Assembly (NCBI RefSeq): GCF_003334815.1 | Contig: NZ_QOWO01000004.1 | Direction: 5' to 3' (one strand) | From: Escherichia coli | Lineage (GTDB): Bacteria; Pseudomonadota; Gammaproteobacteria; Enterobacterales; Enterobacteriaceae | Length of the DNA stretch: 64,000 nt | Shown here: piece after piece, positions 22,382 to 33,827 of the stretch | Layout of the letters: every line of letters begins with the position of its first letter | Numbering within the stretch: the stretch's first letter is position 1 | Position numbers and translations under genes: made by a program | Notes under the pieces: generated by a model | Database searches by the model: none | Told to the model about the DNA's origin: nothing | Seen by the model: the letters and a program-made list of their open reading frames with translations, nothing else

Positions 22382-25300
22382 GTGAAGTTTTTTGCCCTCT
22401 TCATTTACCGTCCGGTGGCGACGATTTTACTGTCGGTTGCCATTACCCTGTGCGGCATACTGGGCTTCCGTATGCTGCCGGTCGCCCCGCTGCCGCAGGT
22501 CGATTTTCCGGTGATTATGGTCAGCGCCTCGCTGCCCGGTGCGTCACCAGAAACAATGGCGTCTTCCGTTGCCACGCCGCTGGAGCGCTCACTTGGGCGC
22601 ATTGCCGGAGTCAGTGAAATGACCTCCAGCAGTTCCCTCGGCAGCACGCGTATTATTTTGCAGTTTGATTTTGACCGGGATATCAACGGCGCGGCGCGCG
22701 ATGTGCAGGCGGCGATCAACGCTGCACAAAGTTTGCTGCCCAGCGGGATGCCCAGCCGTCCGACCTATCGCAAAGCTAACCCGTCGGATGCGCCAATTAT
22801 GATCCTCACGCTGACATCCGATACTTATTCGCAGGGTGAACTGTACGATTTCGCCTCGACGCAGCTGGCTCCGACGATTTCGCAAATCGACGGTGTTGGT
22901 GATGTCGATGTCGGCGGCAGCTCACTGCCCGCCGTACGCGTCGGGCTGAATCCGCAGGCGCTGTTTAATCAGGGCGTCTCGCTGGACGACGTACGCACTG
23001 CCATCAGCAATGCCAACGTGCGTAAACCGCAGGGGGCGCTGGAAGATGGCACTCACCGCTGGCAGATCCAGACCAATGATGAGCTAAAAACCGCCGCCGA
23101 ATATCAGCCGCTGATTATTCATTACAACAACGGCGGCGCGGTTCGTCTGGGCGATGTGGCGACAGTGACCGACTCTGTACAGGATGTACGTAACGCCGGG
23201 ATGACCAATGCCAAACCGGCTATTTTGCTGATGATCCGCAAGCTGCCGGAAGCCAATATTATCCAGACGGTTGACAGCATCCGGGCAAAATTACCGGAGT
23301 TGCAGGAAACCATTCCGGCGGCGATTGATCTGCAAATTGCTCAGGATCGCTCCCCCACCATTCGCGCCTCGCTGGAAGAAGTCGAGCAAACGCTGATTAT
23401 CTCGGTGGCGCTGGTGATTCTGGTGGTGTTTTTATTCCTGCGCTCGGGTCGCGCAACTATTATTCCCGCCGTTGCGGTGCCGGTTTCGCTGATTGGTACG
23501 TTTGCGGCGATGTACCTGTGCGGTTTCAGTCTCAATAATCTTTCGTTAATGGCGCTCACCATCGCTACTGGTTTCGTGGTGGATGACGCCATCGTGGTGC
23601 TGGAAAACATTGCCCGTCATCTGGAAGCGGGAATGAAACCGTTGCAAGCCGCACTGCAAGGTACTCGCGAAGTCGGTTTTACGGTGCTGTCGATGAGTCT
23701 GTCACTGGTGGCGGTGTTCCTGCCGCTGCTGTTGATGGGCGGATTGCCGGGCCGACTGTTACGCGAATTTGCCGTGACGCTTTCTGTCGCCATTGGTATA
23801 TCGTTGCTGGTTTCTCTGACATTAACGCCAATGATGTGTGGCTGGATGCTGAAAGCCAGCAAGCCGCGCGAGCAAAAGCGACTGCGTGGTTTTGGTCGCA
23901 TGTTGGTAGCCCTGCAACAAGGCTACGGCAAGTCACTGAAATGGGTGCTCAATCATACCCGTCTGGTGGGCGTGGTGCTGCTTGGCACCATTGCGCTGAA
24001 TATCTGGCTGTATATCTCGATCCCGAAAACCTTCTTCCCGGAGCAGGACACTGGCGTGTTGATGGGCGGGATTCAGGCGGATCAGAGTATTTCGTTTCAG
24101 GCGATGCGCGGTAAGTTGCAGGATTTCATGAAAATTATCCGTGACGATCCGGCAGTGGATAATGTCACCGGCTTTACAGGCGGTTCGCGAGTGAACAGCG
24201 GGATGATGTTTATCACCCTCAAGCCACGCGACGAACGCAGCGAAACGGCGCAGCAAATTATCGACCGTCTGCGCGTAAAACTGGCGAAAGAACCGGGGGC
24301 GAATCTGTTCCTGATGGCGGTACAGGATATTCGCGTTGGTGGGCGTCAGTCGAACGCCAGCTACCAGTACACGTTGTTATCCGACGACCTGGCGGCACTG
24401 CGCGAATGGGAGCCGAAAATCCGCAAAAAACTGGCGACGTTGCCGGAACTGGCGGACGTGAACTCCGATCAGCAGGATAACGGCGCGGAGATGAATCTGG
24501 TTTACGACCGCGACACCATGGCACGGCTGGGAATCGACGTACAAGCCGCCAACAGTCTGTTAAATAACGCCTTCGGTCAGCGGCAAATCTCGACCATTTA
24601 CCAGCCGATGAACCAGTATAAAGTGGTGATGGAAGTGGATCCGCGCTATACCCAGGACATCAGTGCGCTGGAAAAAATGTTCGTTATCAATAACGAAGGC
24701 AAAGCGATCCCGCTGTCGTATTTCGCTAAATGGCAACCGGCGAATGCCCCACTATCGGTGAATCATCAGGGATTATCGGCGGCCTCGACCATTTCGTTTA
24801 ACCTGCCGACCGGAAAATCGCTCTCGGACGCCAGTGCGGCGATCGATCGCGCAATGACCCAGCTTGGTGTGCCTTCGACGGTGCGCGGCAGTTTTGCCGG
24901 CACGGCGCAGGTGTTCCAGGAGACGATGAACTCGCAGGTGATCCTGATTATCGCCGCCATCGCCACGGTGTATATCGTGCTGGGTATCCTTTACGAGAGT
25001 TATGTGCACCCGCTGACGATTCTCTCCACCCTGCCCTCGGCGGGTGTTGGAGCGCTGCTGGCGCTGGAGCTGTTCAATGCCCCGTTCAGCCTAATCGCCC
25101 TGATAGGGATCATGCTATTAATCGGCATCGTGAAGAAAAACGCCATTATGATGGTCGATTTTGCGCTTGAAGCCCAACGGCACGGTAACCTGACGCCGCA
25201 GGAAGCTATTTTCCAGGCCTGTCTGCTGCGTTTTCGCCCGATTATGATGACTACCCTGGCGGCGCTGTTTGGCGCGCTGCCGCTGGTGTTGTCGGGCGGT

Positions 25301-25459
25301 GACGGCTCGGAGCTGCGGCAACCCCTGGGGATCACCATTGTCGGCGGACTGGTAATGAGCCAGCTCCTTACGCTGTATACCACGCCGGTGGTGTATCTCT
25401 TTTTCGACCGTCTGCGGCTGCGTTTTTCGCGTAAACCTAAACAAACGGTAACCGAGTAA
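22382..25459 (+). CDS. mdtC: RND multidrug efflux transporter MdtC (GTG start)
   Basis: 1025-aa ORF, paralogous to MdtB; begins with GTG immediately after the mdtB stop. Confidence 0.95.
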   Translation: MKFFALFIYRPVATILLSVAITLCGILGFRMLPVAPLPQVDFPVIMVSASLPGASPETMASSVATPLERSLGRIAGVSEMTSSSSLGSTRIILQFDFDRDINGAARDVQAAINAAQSLLPSGMPSRPTYRKANPSDAPIMILTLTSDTYSQGELYDFASTQLAPTISQIDGVGDVDVGGSSLPAVRVGLNPQALFNQGVSLDDVRTAISNANVRKPQGALEDGTHRWQIQTNDELKTAAEYQPLIIHYNNGGAVRLGDVATVTDSVQDVRNAGMTNAKPAILLMIRKLPEANIIQTVDSIRAKLPELQETIPAAIDLQIAQDRSPTIRASLEEVEQTLIISVALVILVVFLFLRSGRATIIPAVAVPVSLIGTFAAMYLCGFSLNNLSLMALTIATGFVVDDAIVVLENIARHLEAGMKPLQAALQGTREVGFTVLSMSLSLVAVFLPLLLMGGLPGRLLREFAVTLSVAIGISLLVSLTLTPMMCGWMLKASKPREQKRLRGFGRMLVALQQGYGKSLKWVLNHTRLVGVVLLGTIALNIWLYISIPKTFFPEQDTGVLMGGIQADQSISFQAMRGKLQDFMKIIRDDPAVDNVTGFTGGSRVNSGMMFITLKPRDERSETAQQIIDRLRVKLAKEPGANLFLMAVQDIRVGGRQSNASYQYTLLSDDLAALREWEPKIRKKLATLPELADVNSDQQDNGAEMNLVYDRDTMARLGIDVQAANSLLNNAFGQRQISTIYQPMNQYKVVMEVDPRYTQDISALEKMFVINNEGKAIPLSYFAKWQPANAPLSVNHQGLSAASTISFNLPTGKSLSDASAAIDRAMTQLGVPSTVRGSFAGTAQVFQETMNSQVILIIAAIATVYIVLGILYESYVHPLTILSTLPSAGVGALLALELFNAPFSLIALIGIMLLIGIVKKNAIMMVDFALEAQRHGNLTPQEAIFQACLLRFRPIMMTTLAALFGALPLVLSGGDGSELRQPLGITIVGGLVMSQLLTLYTTPVVYLFFDRLRLRFSRKPKQTVTE

Positions 25460-26875
25460 ATGACAGATCTTCCCGACAGCACCCGTTGGCAATTGTGGAT
25501 TGTGGCTTTCGGCTTCTTTATGCAGTCGCTGGACACCACCATCGTAAACACCGCCCTTCCCTCAATGGCGCAAAGCCTCGGGGAAAGTCCGTTGCATATG
25601 CACATGGTCATTGTCTCTTATGTGCTGACCGTGGCGGTGATGCTGCCCGCCAGCGGCTGGCTGGCGGACAAAGTCGGCGTGCGCAATATTTTCTTTACCG
25701 CCATCGTGCTGTTTACTCTCGGTTCACTGTTTTGCGCGCTTTCCGGCACGCTGAACGAACTGTTGCTGGCACGCGCGTTACAGGGCGTTGGCGGCGCGAT
25801 GATGGTGCCGGTCGGCAGATTGACGGTGATGAAAATCGTACCGCGCGAGCAATATATGGCGGCGATGACCTTTGTCACGTTACCCGGTCAGGTCGGTCCG
25901 CTGCTCGGTCCGGCGCTCGGCGGTCTGCTGGTGGAGTACGCGTCGTGGCACTGGATCTTTTTGATCAACATTCCGGTGGGGATTATCGGTGCGATCGCCA
26001 CATTGCTGTTAATGCCGAACTACACCATGCAGACGCGGCGCTTTGATCTCTCCGGATTTTTATTGCTGGCGGTTGGCATGGCGGTATTAACCCTGGCGCT
26101 GGACGGCAGTAAAGGTACAGGTTTATCGCCGCTGACGATTGCAGGCCTGGTCGCAGTTGGCGTGGTGGCACTGGTGCTTTATCTGCTGCACGCCAGAAAT
26201 AACCACCGCGCTCTTTTCAGTCTGAAACTGTTCCGCACTCGTACCTTTTCGCTGGGCCTGGCGGGGAGCTTTGCCGGACGTATTGGCAGTGGCATGTTGC
26301 CCTTTATGACACCGGTTTTCCTGCAAATTGGCCTCGGTTTCTCGCCTTTTCATGCCGGACTGATGATGATCCCGATGGTGCTCGGCAGCATGGGGATGAA
26401 GCGAATTGTGGTACAGGTGGTGAATCGCTTTGGTTATCGTCGGGTACTGGTAGCGACCACGCTGGGTCTGTCGCTGGTCACCCTGTTGTTTATGACTACC
26501 GCCCTGCTGGGCTGGTACTACGTTTTGCCGTTCGTCCTGTTTTTACAAGGGATGGTCAACTCGACGCGTTTCTCCTCCATGAACACCCTGACGCTGAAAG
26601 ATCTCCCGGACAATCTGGCGAGCAGCGGCAACAGCCTGCTGTCGATGATTATGCAATTGTCGATGAGTATCGGCGTCACTATCGCCGGGCTGTTGCTGGG
26701 ACTTTTTGGTTCACAGCATGTCAGCGTCGACAGCGGCACCACACAAACCGTCTTTATGTACACCTGGCTTAGCATGGCGTTGATCATCGCCCTTCCGGCG
26801 TTCATCTTTGCCAGAGTGCCGAACGATACGCATCAAAATGTAGCTATTTCGCGGCGAAAAAGGAGCGCGCAATGA
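25460..26875 (+). CDS. mdtD: MFS transporter MdtD
   Basis: 471-aa ORF, multi-TM major facilitator profile; last gene of the mdt efflux cluster before baeS. Confidence 0.93.
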   Translation: MTDLPDSTRWQLWIVAFGFFMQSLDTTIVNTALPSMAQSLGESPLHMHMVIVSYVLTVAVMLPASGWLADKVGVRNIFFTAIVLFTLGSLFCALSGTLNELLLARALQGVGGAMMVPVGRLTVMKIVPREQYMAAMTFVTLPGQVGPLLGPALGGLLVEYASWHWIFLINIPVGIIGAIATLLLMPNYTMQTRRFDLSGFLLLAVGMAVLTLALDGSKGTGLSPLTIAGLVAVGVVALVLYLLHARNNHRALFSLKLFRTRTFSLGLAGSFAGRIGSGMLPFMTPVFLQIGLGFSPFHAGLMMIPMVLGSMGMKRIVVQVVNRFGYRRVLVATTLGLSLVTLLFMTTALLGWYYVLPFVLFLQGMVNSTRFSSMNTLTLKDLPDNLASSGNSLLSMIMQLSMSIGVTIAGLLLGLFGSQHVSVDSGTTQTVFMYTWLSMALIIALPAFIFARVPNDTHQNVAISRRKRSAQ

Positions 26876-28275
26876 AGTTCTGGCGACCCGGTATTACCGG
26901 CAAACTGTTTCTGGCGATTTTCGCCACCTGCATTGTCTTGCTGATCAGTATGCACTGGGCGGTGCGTATCAGTTTTGAGCGTGGCTTTATTGATTACATC
27001 AAGCATGGTAATGAACAGCGATTACAACTGTTAAGTGATGCGCTTGGCGAGCAGTATGCGCAGCATGGCAACTGGCGCTTCCTGCGCAACAATGATCGCT
27101 TTGTCTTTCAGATCCTGCGTTCATTTGAACACGATAATTCGGAAGATAAACCCGGCCCGGGTATGCCACCGCACGGCTGGCGTACCCAGTTCTGGGTGGT
27201 TGATCAAAACAACAAAGTGCTGGTTGGTCCGCGAGCGCCGATTCCACCTGACGGTACACGGCGACCCATTCTGGTCAACGGTGCGGAAGTTGGCGCGGTG
27301 ATCGCCTCCCCCGTTGAGCGGTTAACGCGCAATACTGATATCAATTTCGATAAACAACAGCGGCAAACCAGCTGGCTGATTGTCGCCCTGGCAACGTTAC
27401 TCGCGGCACTCGCCACCTTTCTGCTGGCGCGTGGTCTTTTGGCCCCGGTCAAACGGCTGGTGGACGGCACGCACAAACTGGCGGCGGGCGATTTCACAAC
27501 CCGCGTGACGCCCACCAGTGAAGATGAACTGGGCAAACTGGCGCAAGACTTCAACCAGCTCGCCAGCACGCTGGAGAAAAACCAGCAAATGCGGCGCGAT
27601 TTTATGGCCGATATTTCTCACGAACTGCGTACGCCATTAGCGGTGCTGCGCGGTGAACTGGAAGCCATTCAGGATGGCGTGCGCAAATTCACGCCGGAGA
27701 CGGTGGCGTCTTTACAGGCGGAGGTCGGTACACTGACCAAACTGGTTGACGATCTTCATCAGTTGTCGATGTCTGATGAAGGCGCTCTCGCCTATCAAAA
27801 AGCACCGGTAGATTTGATCCCACTGCTGGAAGTGGTGGGCGGCGCATTTCGCGAACGATTCGCCAGCCGTGGCCTGAAACTGCAATTTTCCCTGCCAGAC
27901 AGTATCACCGTATTTGGCGATCGCGACCGTTTAATGCAGTTATTCAATAACTTACTTGAAAACAGCCTGCGCTACACTGACAGCGGCGGCAGCCTGAAAA
28001 TCTCTGCCGAGCAGCACGACAAAACGGTGCGCCTGACCTTTGCCGACAGCGCGCCGGGCGTCAGTGACGATCAGCTACAAAAATTGTTTGAACGTTTTTA
28101 TCGCACCGAAGGTTCCCGCAACCGCGCCAGCGGCGGTTCCGGGCTGGGGCTGGCGATTTGCCTGAACATTGTTGAAGCACATAATGGCCGCATTATTGCT
28201 GCCCATTCGCCTTTTGGCGGGGTAAGCATTACAGTAGAGTTACCGCTGGAACGGGATTTACAGAGAGAAGTATGA
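26872..28275 (+). CDS. baeS: Envelope-stress sensor histidine kinase BaeS
   Basis: 467 aa; two TM segments, HAMP, H-box (HELRTPL) and ATP-binding motifs; 4-bp overlap with mdtD. Confidence 0.95.
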   Translation: MKFWRPGITGKLFLAIFATCIVLLISMHWAVRISFERGFIDYIKHGNEQRLQLLSDALGEQYAQHGNWRFLRNNDRFVFQILRSFEHDNSEDKPGPGMPPHGWRTQFWVVDQNNKVLVGPRAPIPPDGTRRPILVNGAEVGAVIASPVERLTRNTDINFDKQQRQTSWLIVALATLLAALATFLLARGLLAPVKRLVDGTHKLAAGDFTTRVTPTSEDELGKLAQDFNQLASTLEKNQQMRRDFMADISHELRTPLAVLRGELEAIQDGVRKFTPETVASLQAEVGTLTKLVDDLHQLSMSDEGALAYQKAPVDLIPLLEVVGGAFRERFASRGLKLQFSLPDSITVFGDRDRLMQLFNNLLENSLRYTDSGGSLKISAEQHDKTVRLTFADSAPGVSDDQLQKLFERFYRTEGSRNRASGGSGLGLAICLNIVEAHNGRIIAAHSPFGGVSITVELPLERDLQREV

Positions 28276-28994
28276 CCGAGTTACCAATCGACGAAAACAC
28301 ACCGCGTATTTTGATCGTGGAAGATGAACCGAAGCTGGGGCAGTTGCTCATTGATTATCTGCGTGCTGCGAGCTATGCGCCGACGCTTATCAGCCACGGC
28401 GATCAGGTACTGCCGTATGTGCGCCAGACACCACCGGATCTGATCCTGTTAGATCTGATGCTCCCTGGCACCGATGGCCTGACGCTGTGCCGGGAAATTC
28501 GTCGTTTTTCTGACATTCCGATCGTGATGGTGACGGCAAAAATCGAAGAGATCGATCGCCTGCTGGGGCTGGAGATTGGCGCAGATGATTATATCTGTAA
28601 GCCGTACAGCCCACGGGAAGTGGTAGCGCGCGTCAAAACCATTTTGCGCCGTTGCAAACCGCAGCGCGAGTTGCAGCAACAGGATGCTGAAAGCCCGTTG
28701 ATTATCGACGAAGGTCGTTTTCAGGCTTCATGGCGCGGTAAAATGCTTGACCTGACGCCTGCGGAATTTCGTCTGCTGAAAACGCTCTCTCATGAACCAG
28801 GAAAAGTGTTCTCCCGCGAGCATTTGCTCAATCATCTTTATGACGACTACCGCGTAGTAACCGACCGCACCATCGACAGCCACATTAAAAACCTGCGCCG
28901 CAAGCTGGAATCTCTCGACGCCGAACAGTCATTTATCCGCGCCGTTTACGGCGTTGGTTACCGCTGGGAAGCCGACGCCTGCCGCATCGTTTAG
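28272..28994 (+). CDS. baeR: OmpR-family response regulator BaeR
   Basis: 240 aa; receiver domain (LIVEDEP...LDLMLPG) plus winged-helix; 4-bp overlap with baeS. Confidence 0.95.
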   Translation: MTELPIDENTPRILIVEDEPKLGQLLIDYLRAASYAPTLISHGDQVLPYVRQTPPDLILLDLMLPGTDGLTLCREIRRFSDIPIVMVTAKIEEIDRLLGLEIGADDYICKPYSPREVVARVKTILRRCKPQRELQQQDAESPLIIDEGRFQASWRGKMLDLTPAEFRLLKTLSHEPGKVFSREHLLNHLYDDYRVVTDRTIDSHIKNLRRKLESLDAEQSFIRAVYGVGYRWEADACRIV

Positions 28995-29184
28995 TTTTAG
29001 CGACATGACTTTGTTAGCCGGAGATGGCGTTCAGACCAGATCCGGCAACATTATCCCACGCATGGTCAGCAAACTGACATTATCTCTCCGCCCTGGCAGG
29101 CATCAGAAAATCGCTCATACTTTAATCGGTAAACAGCACCTTTAGATGCTGTTTTCGATACGCAATTTCAATCAAGGAGTCATT

Positions 29185-29517
29185 ATGGCTGGTTGGTTTG
29201 AACTCAGTAAGAGCAGTGATAATCAGTTCCGGTTTGTGCTAAAAGCGGGCAATGGTGAGACTATCCTCACCAGCGAGCTGTATACCTCAAAAGCCTCTGC
29301 GGAAAAGGGCATCGCGTCGGTGCGTAGCAACAGCCCGCAAGAAGAACGCTATGAGAAAAAAACGGCAAGTAACGGCAAATTCTATTTCAATCTGAAAGCC
29401 GCTAATCATCAAATTATCGGCTCCAGCCAGATGTACGCCACCGCGCAATCTCGTGAAACCGGAATTGCCTCCGTTAAAGCCAATGGCACAAGCCAGACGG
29501 TGAAAGACAATACGTAA
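29185..29517 (+). CDS. yegP: UPF0339 protein YegP (two tandem DUF1508 repeats)
   Basis: ORF 29146-29517; start taken at ATG 29185 preceded by AAGGAG; 110 aa with an internal duplication (F.F.LKA.NG...GIASV twice). Confidence 0.88.
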   Translation: MAGWFELSKSSDNQFRFVLKAGNGETILTSELYTSKASAEKGIASVRSNSPQEERYEKKTASNGKFYFNLKAANHQIIGSSQMYATAQSRETGIASVKANGTSQTVKDNT

Positions 29518-29524
29518 TTACGAT

Positions 29525-29558
29525 GCCGGGCGTGGGTTGTTGGCGTCCGGCTTTATAT
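29525..29558 (+). terminator. Rho-independent terminator after yegP
   Basis: Stem GCCGGGCG/CGTCCGGC (one G-U pair), 11-nt loop, followed by TTTATAT. Confidence 0.55.
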
Positions 29559-29770
29559 CCAAATAACGCTTAGTTATTAATAATTAAGAGTAACCGCCGC
29601 CATTAAAATAGTGGGCACTGACGAGCACTCGTTGTGCTTTCTTTGTTTACCATCTCATACTTATCCTCCTGAACATGTTCATGTGCCAAAATATCTTCTA
29701 ATACTTTCGTGACGCTATCCGGTTTATGACATACACTGATGTAAGATTTTTACTTACAGGCGGGCGTAAA

Positions 29771-30022
29771 ATGGCCAGAACGATGACGGTTGATCTCGGC
29801 GATGAGTTGCGTGAATTTATCGAGTCCTTAATTGAATCCGGCGACTATCGCACCCAAAGCGAAGTGATCCGTGAGTCACTGCGATTACTTCGAGAAAAGC
29901 AAGCAGAGTCTCGCCTGCAAGCGTTACGTGACATGCTCGCAGAAGGGTTGAGTAGTGGTGAAGCTCAGCCGTGGGAAAAGGACGCGTTCTTACGGAAGGT
30001 GAAAGCAGGGATAAGGAAATAA
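29771..30022 (+). CDS. parD: ParD-family antitoxin (ribbon-helix-helix/CopG-like)
   Basis: ORF 29726-30022; likely start ATG 29771 (MARTMTVDLGDELREFIESLIESGDYRTQSEVIRESLRLL...), the characteristic ParD N-terminal motif; stop 2 bp from the parE start. Confidence 0.8.
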   Translation: MARTMTVDLGDELREFIESLIESGDYRTQSEVIRESLRLLREKQAESRLQALRDMLAEGLSSGEAQPWEKDAFLRKVKAGIRK

Positions 30023-30023
30023 T

Positions 30024-30320
30024 GTGCGTATTATTAAACTCATGCCAAAAGCCAATGAGGATTTAGAAGGCATCTGGTATTACAGCTATCACCATTTCGG
30101 CGAACCACAAGCCGACAGATATGTGGAACATCTTTCAGACGTTCTCCAGATTCTGAGTAACAATAATATAGGTACGCCCAGACCTGAATTAGGCGAAGGT
30201 ATTTTTGTTCTTCCTTTTGAACGCCACGTCATTTATTTCCTGCAATCACCAGGGGAAATTATCGTCATTCGTATCCTTAACCAAAACCAGGACGCCACCA
30301 GACATTTACACTGGAGCTAA
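30024..30320 (+). CDS. parE: ParE/RelE-superfamily toxin
   Basis: 98 aa from GTG 30024 (RIIKLMPKANEDLEGIWYY...), with the x-R/K-L-x-P-x-A-x-x-D-L-E-x-I-W signature of ParE toxins; AAGGA RBS 5 nt upstream. Confidence 0.8.
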   Translation: MRIIKLMPKANEDLEGIWYYSYHHFGEPQADRYVEHLSDVLQILSNNNIGTPRPELGEGIFVLPFERHVIYFLQSPGEIIVIRILNQNQDATRHLHWS

Positions 30321-30422
30321 ACCCGCCGATTGCGCTACAATGCCCGCCCTTAAAGTGGGGGCACTCCCCTAACCGCTTCATCAGGTGAAGCGGATCTGAC
30401 CTGTCATCAGAACGAGAGAATT

Positions 30423-31784
30423 ATGTTTAAACCGGAACTCCTTTCCCCGGCGGGAACGCTGAAAAATATGCGTTACGCTTTCGCTTATGGCGCAGATGCT
30501 GTTTATGCGGGCCAGCCGCGTTATTCCCTGCGTGTGCGCAACAACGAATTCAACCACGAAAATCTTCAGCTCGGCATCAATGAAGCCCACGCGCTGGGGA
30601 AAAAGTTTTATGTCGTGGTCAACATTGCACCGCACAACGCCAAGCTGAAAACCTTTATCCGTGACCTGAAACCGGTGGTGGAAATGGGGCCGGATGCGCT
30701 GATTATGTCCGATCCAGGGCTGATTATGCTGGTGCGTGAGCACTTCCCTGAAATGCCGATCCACCTTTCGGTGCAGGCTAACGCCGTGAACTGGGCGACG
30801 GTGAAATTCTGGCAGCAAATGGGCCTGACCCGCGTGATCCTCTCTCGCGAGCTGTCGCTGGAAGAGATTGAAGAGATCCGCAATCAGGTGCCGGATATGG
30901 AGATCGAGATCTTCGTTCACGGCGCGCTGTGCATGGCCTACTCCGGTCGCTGCCTGCTCTCTGGCTATATCAACAAGCGCGACCCGAACCAGGGCACCTG
31001 CACCAACGCCTGCCGCTGGGAGTACAACGTCCAGGAAGGGAAAGAAGATGATGTTGGCAACATCGTACACAAGTACGAGCCGATTCCGGTGCAAAATGTT
31101 GAGCCGACGCTGGGTATCGGCGCACCAACCGACAAAGTGTTTATGATCGAAGAGGCCCAGCGTCCGGGCGAGTATATGACCGCGTTTGAAGATGAGCACG
31201 GCACTTACATCATGAACTCGAAAGATCTGCGCGCCATCGCCCATGTAGAACGCCTGACCAAAATGGGCGTGCATTCGCTGAAAGTCGAAGGTCGTACCAA
31301 ATCTTTCTACTATTGTGCACGCACCGCACAGGTTTACCGCAAAGCTATCGATGACGCCGCTGCGGGAAAACCGTTCGATACCAGCCTGCTGGAAACTCTG
31401 GAAGGTCTGGCGCATCGTGGCTATACCGAAGGTTTCCTGCGTCGTCATACTCACGACGATTATCAGAACTACGAATACGGTTATTCAGTTTCTGACCGCC
31501 AGCAGTTTGTTGGTGAGTTTACCGGTGAGCGCAAGGGGGACCTCGCGGCGGTAGCGGTGAAAAATAAATTCTCCGTTGGCGACAGCCTTGAGCTGATGAC
31601 GCCGCAAGGCAACATTAATTTTACCCTTGAGCACATGGAAAACGCCAAAGGCGAAGCTATGCCGATAGCACCAGGCGATGGTTATACTGTGTGGCTCCCG
31701 GTCCCGCAGGATCTTGAGCTCAATTACGCGCTGCTGATGCGTAATTTCTCCGGGGAAACCACGCGTAATCCCCACGGTAAGTGA
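30423..31784 (+). CDS. yegQ: U32-family peptidase-like protein YegQ
   Basis: 453-aa ORF starting MFKPELLSPAGTLKNMRYAFAYGADAVYAGQPRYSLR, U32 family. Confidence 0.92.
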   Translation: MFKPELLSPAGTLKNMRYAFAYGADAVYAGQPRYSLRVRNNEFNHENLQLGINEAHALGKKFYVVVNIAPHNAKLKTFIRDLKPVVEMGPDALIMSDPGLIMLVREHFPEMPIHLSVQANAVNWATVKFWQQMGLTRVILSRELSLEEIEEIRNQVPDMEIEIFVHGALCMAYSGRCLLSGYINKRDPNQGTCTNACRWEYNVQEGKEDDVGNIVHKYEPIPVQNVEPTLGIGAPTDKVFMIEEAQRPGEYMTAFEDEHGTYIMNSKDLRAIAHVERLTKMGVHSLKVEGRTKSFYYCARTAQVYRKAIDDAAAGKPFDTSLLETLEGLAHRGYTEGFLRRHTHDDYQNYEYGYSVSDRQQFVGEFTGERKGDLAAVAVKNKFSVGDSLELMTPQGNINFTLEHMENAKGEAMPIAPGDGYTVWLPVPQDLELNYALLMRNFSGETTRNPHGK

Positions 31785-31868
31785 TTAATTTCGATTATTT
31801 TTCCCGGATGGAAAATTCTTAGAAACCGATCACATACAGCTGCATTTATTAAGGTTATCATCCGTTTC

Positions 31869-31956
31869 GCTGAAAAACATAACCCATAAAATGCTAGCTG
31901 TACTAGGAACCACCTCCTTAGCCTGTGTAATCTCCCTTACACGGGCTTATTTTTTT
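31869..31956 (+). ncRNA. cyaR: CyaR (RyeE) Hfq-dependent small RNA
   Basis: GCTGAAAAACATAACCCATAAAATGCTAGCTGTAC...CCTTACACGGGCTTATTTTTTT matches recalled CyaR over about 87 nt with one mismatch; ends in an intrinsic terminator. Confidence 0.85.
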
Positions 31957-32114
31957 ATGCATAAGCCCTATCTCTGGTAACCGTCTTCCATTGACCACAT
32001 CGATAGAATCTCCCTTCATAGCACGATGCCTTTCACGTAACGGCATCGTGCTCGCACAGGTTCCGGCTAAGCACAACCAGAACGCGCATGTTTGACGCTT
32101 ACCAAAAAATATTC

Positions 32115-32432
32115 TCACTCTCCACATTTGAATGTCAGACGAGCGACGCCATGTAATCCTGCACCTTCTGTCTTCAGGTCAACTATCTGCATTTTTTTGC
32201 CCTGAGTAACACAGAAATGGGCTGCATCATTTTTTACTATATTTTCTGCACCAGATATTCTGCCCCTGGCTAAAGAAGCTTCGGCTTCGGTGTAGTATTG
32301 GTTATCGAGTTTACGCTGAATATTACTTTTATATGCAAGACCAAATTTACCGATACTTGTCTCATCATTATGCACAGCACAACCAGACATAATAAAAATA
32401 CTAATTAATGATATAGCAGCTATCTTTTTCAT
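32115..32432 (-). CDS. yegR: Small lipoprotein YegR
   Basis: ORF 32115-32492; likely start at ATG 32430-32432 (MKKIAAISLISIFIMSGC, lipobox), 105 aa. Confidence 0.8.
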   Translation of the reverse strand: MKKIAAISLISIFIMSGCAVHNDETSIGKFGLAYKSNIQRKLDNQYYTEAEASLARGRISGAENIVKNDAAHFCVTQGKKMQIVDLKTEGAGLHGVARLTFKCGE

Positions 32433-32846
32433 CTCACCTTCCCCCATTAAATACCAACGACACTCTCTAGTGTTTAAATATAATAATGGCATGATTATTA
32501 TAATTGAATAGGATTATAATAAATGTTCTGTACAACATTTCCTACATAAGTAGGAATTACGGACATTGAGGCCCTTCAGGGTAACTCCATGGGGGCTTTA
32601 ATATATTTGGAATAGTATATTTAAGATGCCACTGTTTGGTTGAATATTAGGCATATGCTCTTTTTTGAAATTTATCGGTGGCAGCCGTTAGTATTCGCTG
32701 TCCCCATTGCAAGCTCCTGGTGGTAACCACTGAATCCTCCATACTTGAACTGACTTTTTATCCTCCGACTTTCATCCTGTTCTGACTCCACCTTTTGTTT
32801 TCTGCTCTACACTATCTACAGACCAATCATAAAGGCACATACGATC

Positions 32847-33746
32847 ATGGCAGAATTTCCCGCCAGCTTACTGATTCTTAATGGCAAAAGTACTGACAAT
32901 CTACCCTTGCGCGAAGCAATTATGCTGTTGCGTGAGGAAGGAATGACGATCCATGTGCGGGTCACCTGGGAGAAAGGCGATGCCGCACGATATGTAGAGG
33001 AGGCCCGGAAGTTGGGCGTCGCAACGGTGATTGCCGGTGGTGGCGATGGCACCATTAATGAAGTTTCTACGGCGTTGATTCAGTGTGAGGGGGATGACAT
33101 ACCCGCGCTGGGAATTTTGCCATTAGGAACCGCCAATGATTTTGCCACCAGTGTAGGAATTCCTGAGGCACTGGATAAGGCGCTGAAACTGGCAATTGCC
33201 GGTAACGCCATTGCGATAGATATGGCGCAGGTCAACAAACAAACCTGTTTTATTAATATGGCGACAGGCGGATTTGGGACGCGTATTACCACAGAAACGC
33301 CGGAAAAATTAAAAGCCGCGCTGGGTGGCGTCTCTTACATCATTCATGGCTTAATGCGCATGGATACTCTGCAACCGGACCGTTGTGAAATCCGCGGTGA
33401 AAACTTTCACTGGCAAGGTGACGCCCTGGTCATTGGTATTGGTAACGGGCGTCAGGCCGGTGGCGGTCAGCAATTGTGTCCGAACGCGTTAATTAACGAT
33501 GGCTTGCTGCAACTGCGCATTTTTACCGGCGATGAAATTCTTCCGGCTCTCGTATCAACCTTAAAATCTGACGAAGATAACCCGAATATTATCGAAGGCG
33601 CTTCGTCGTGGTTTGATATACAAGCCCCACACGAAATCACTTTTAATCTTGATGGCGAACCGTTGAGCGGACAAAACTTTCATATTGAAATACTTCCGGC
33701 GGCGTTGCGTTGTCGATTACCACCAGATTGTCCATTATTGCGTTAA
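32847..33746 (+). CDS. yegS: Lipid kinase YegS (DAG-kinase catalytic domain family)
   Basis: 299 aa; GGDGT nucleotide-binding motif ([13 protein letters not shown]). Confidence 0.93.
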   Translation: MAEFPASLLILNGKSTDNLPLREAIMLLREEGMTIHVRVTWEKGDAARYVEEARKLGVATVIAGGGDGTINEVSTALIQCEGDDIPALGILPLGTANDFATSVGIPEALDKALKLAIAGNAIAIDMAQVNKQTCFINMATGGFGTRITTETPEKLKAALGGVSYIIHGLMRMDTLQPDRCEIRGENFHWQGDALVIGIGNGRQAGGGQQLCPNALINDGLLQLRIFTGDEILPALVSTLKSDEDNPNIIEGASSWFDIQAPHEITFNLDGEPLSGQNFHIEILPAALRCRLPPDCPLLR

Positions 33747-33784
33747 TCAAACTATTCTCTCTTGAACCAGGGAGAATCCGAAAT

Positions 33785-33818
33785 GCCGGATGCGGTGTAA
33801 ATACCTTATCCGGCATAC
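33785..33818. repeat. REP element
   Basis: GCCGGATGCGGTGTAAATACCTTATCCGGCAT palindrome between the convergent yegS and gatR ends. Confidence 0.65.
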
Positions 33819-33827
33819 AGAACAATA

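Noticed and set aside
25000-25611. 203-aa minus-strand ORF spanning the mdtC/mdtD junction
   Set aside because: Antisense to two tightly packed efflux genes; Arg/Ser-rich low-complexity product; no independent support.
30381-31454. 357-aa minus-strand ORF antisense to yegQ
   Set aside because: Entirely embedded opposite a well-supported U32 peptidase gene; low-complexity H/R/V-rich translation typical of an antisense frame in GC-rich coding DNA; no recognisable start context.
32020-32050. 11-bp-stem inverted repeat (AGCACGATGCC...GGCATCGTGCT) as a terminator
   Set aside because: No adjacent T-run on either strand; may be a protein-binding or recombination site instead, so it was not annotated as a terminator.
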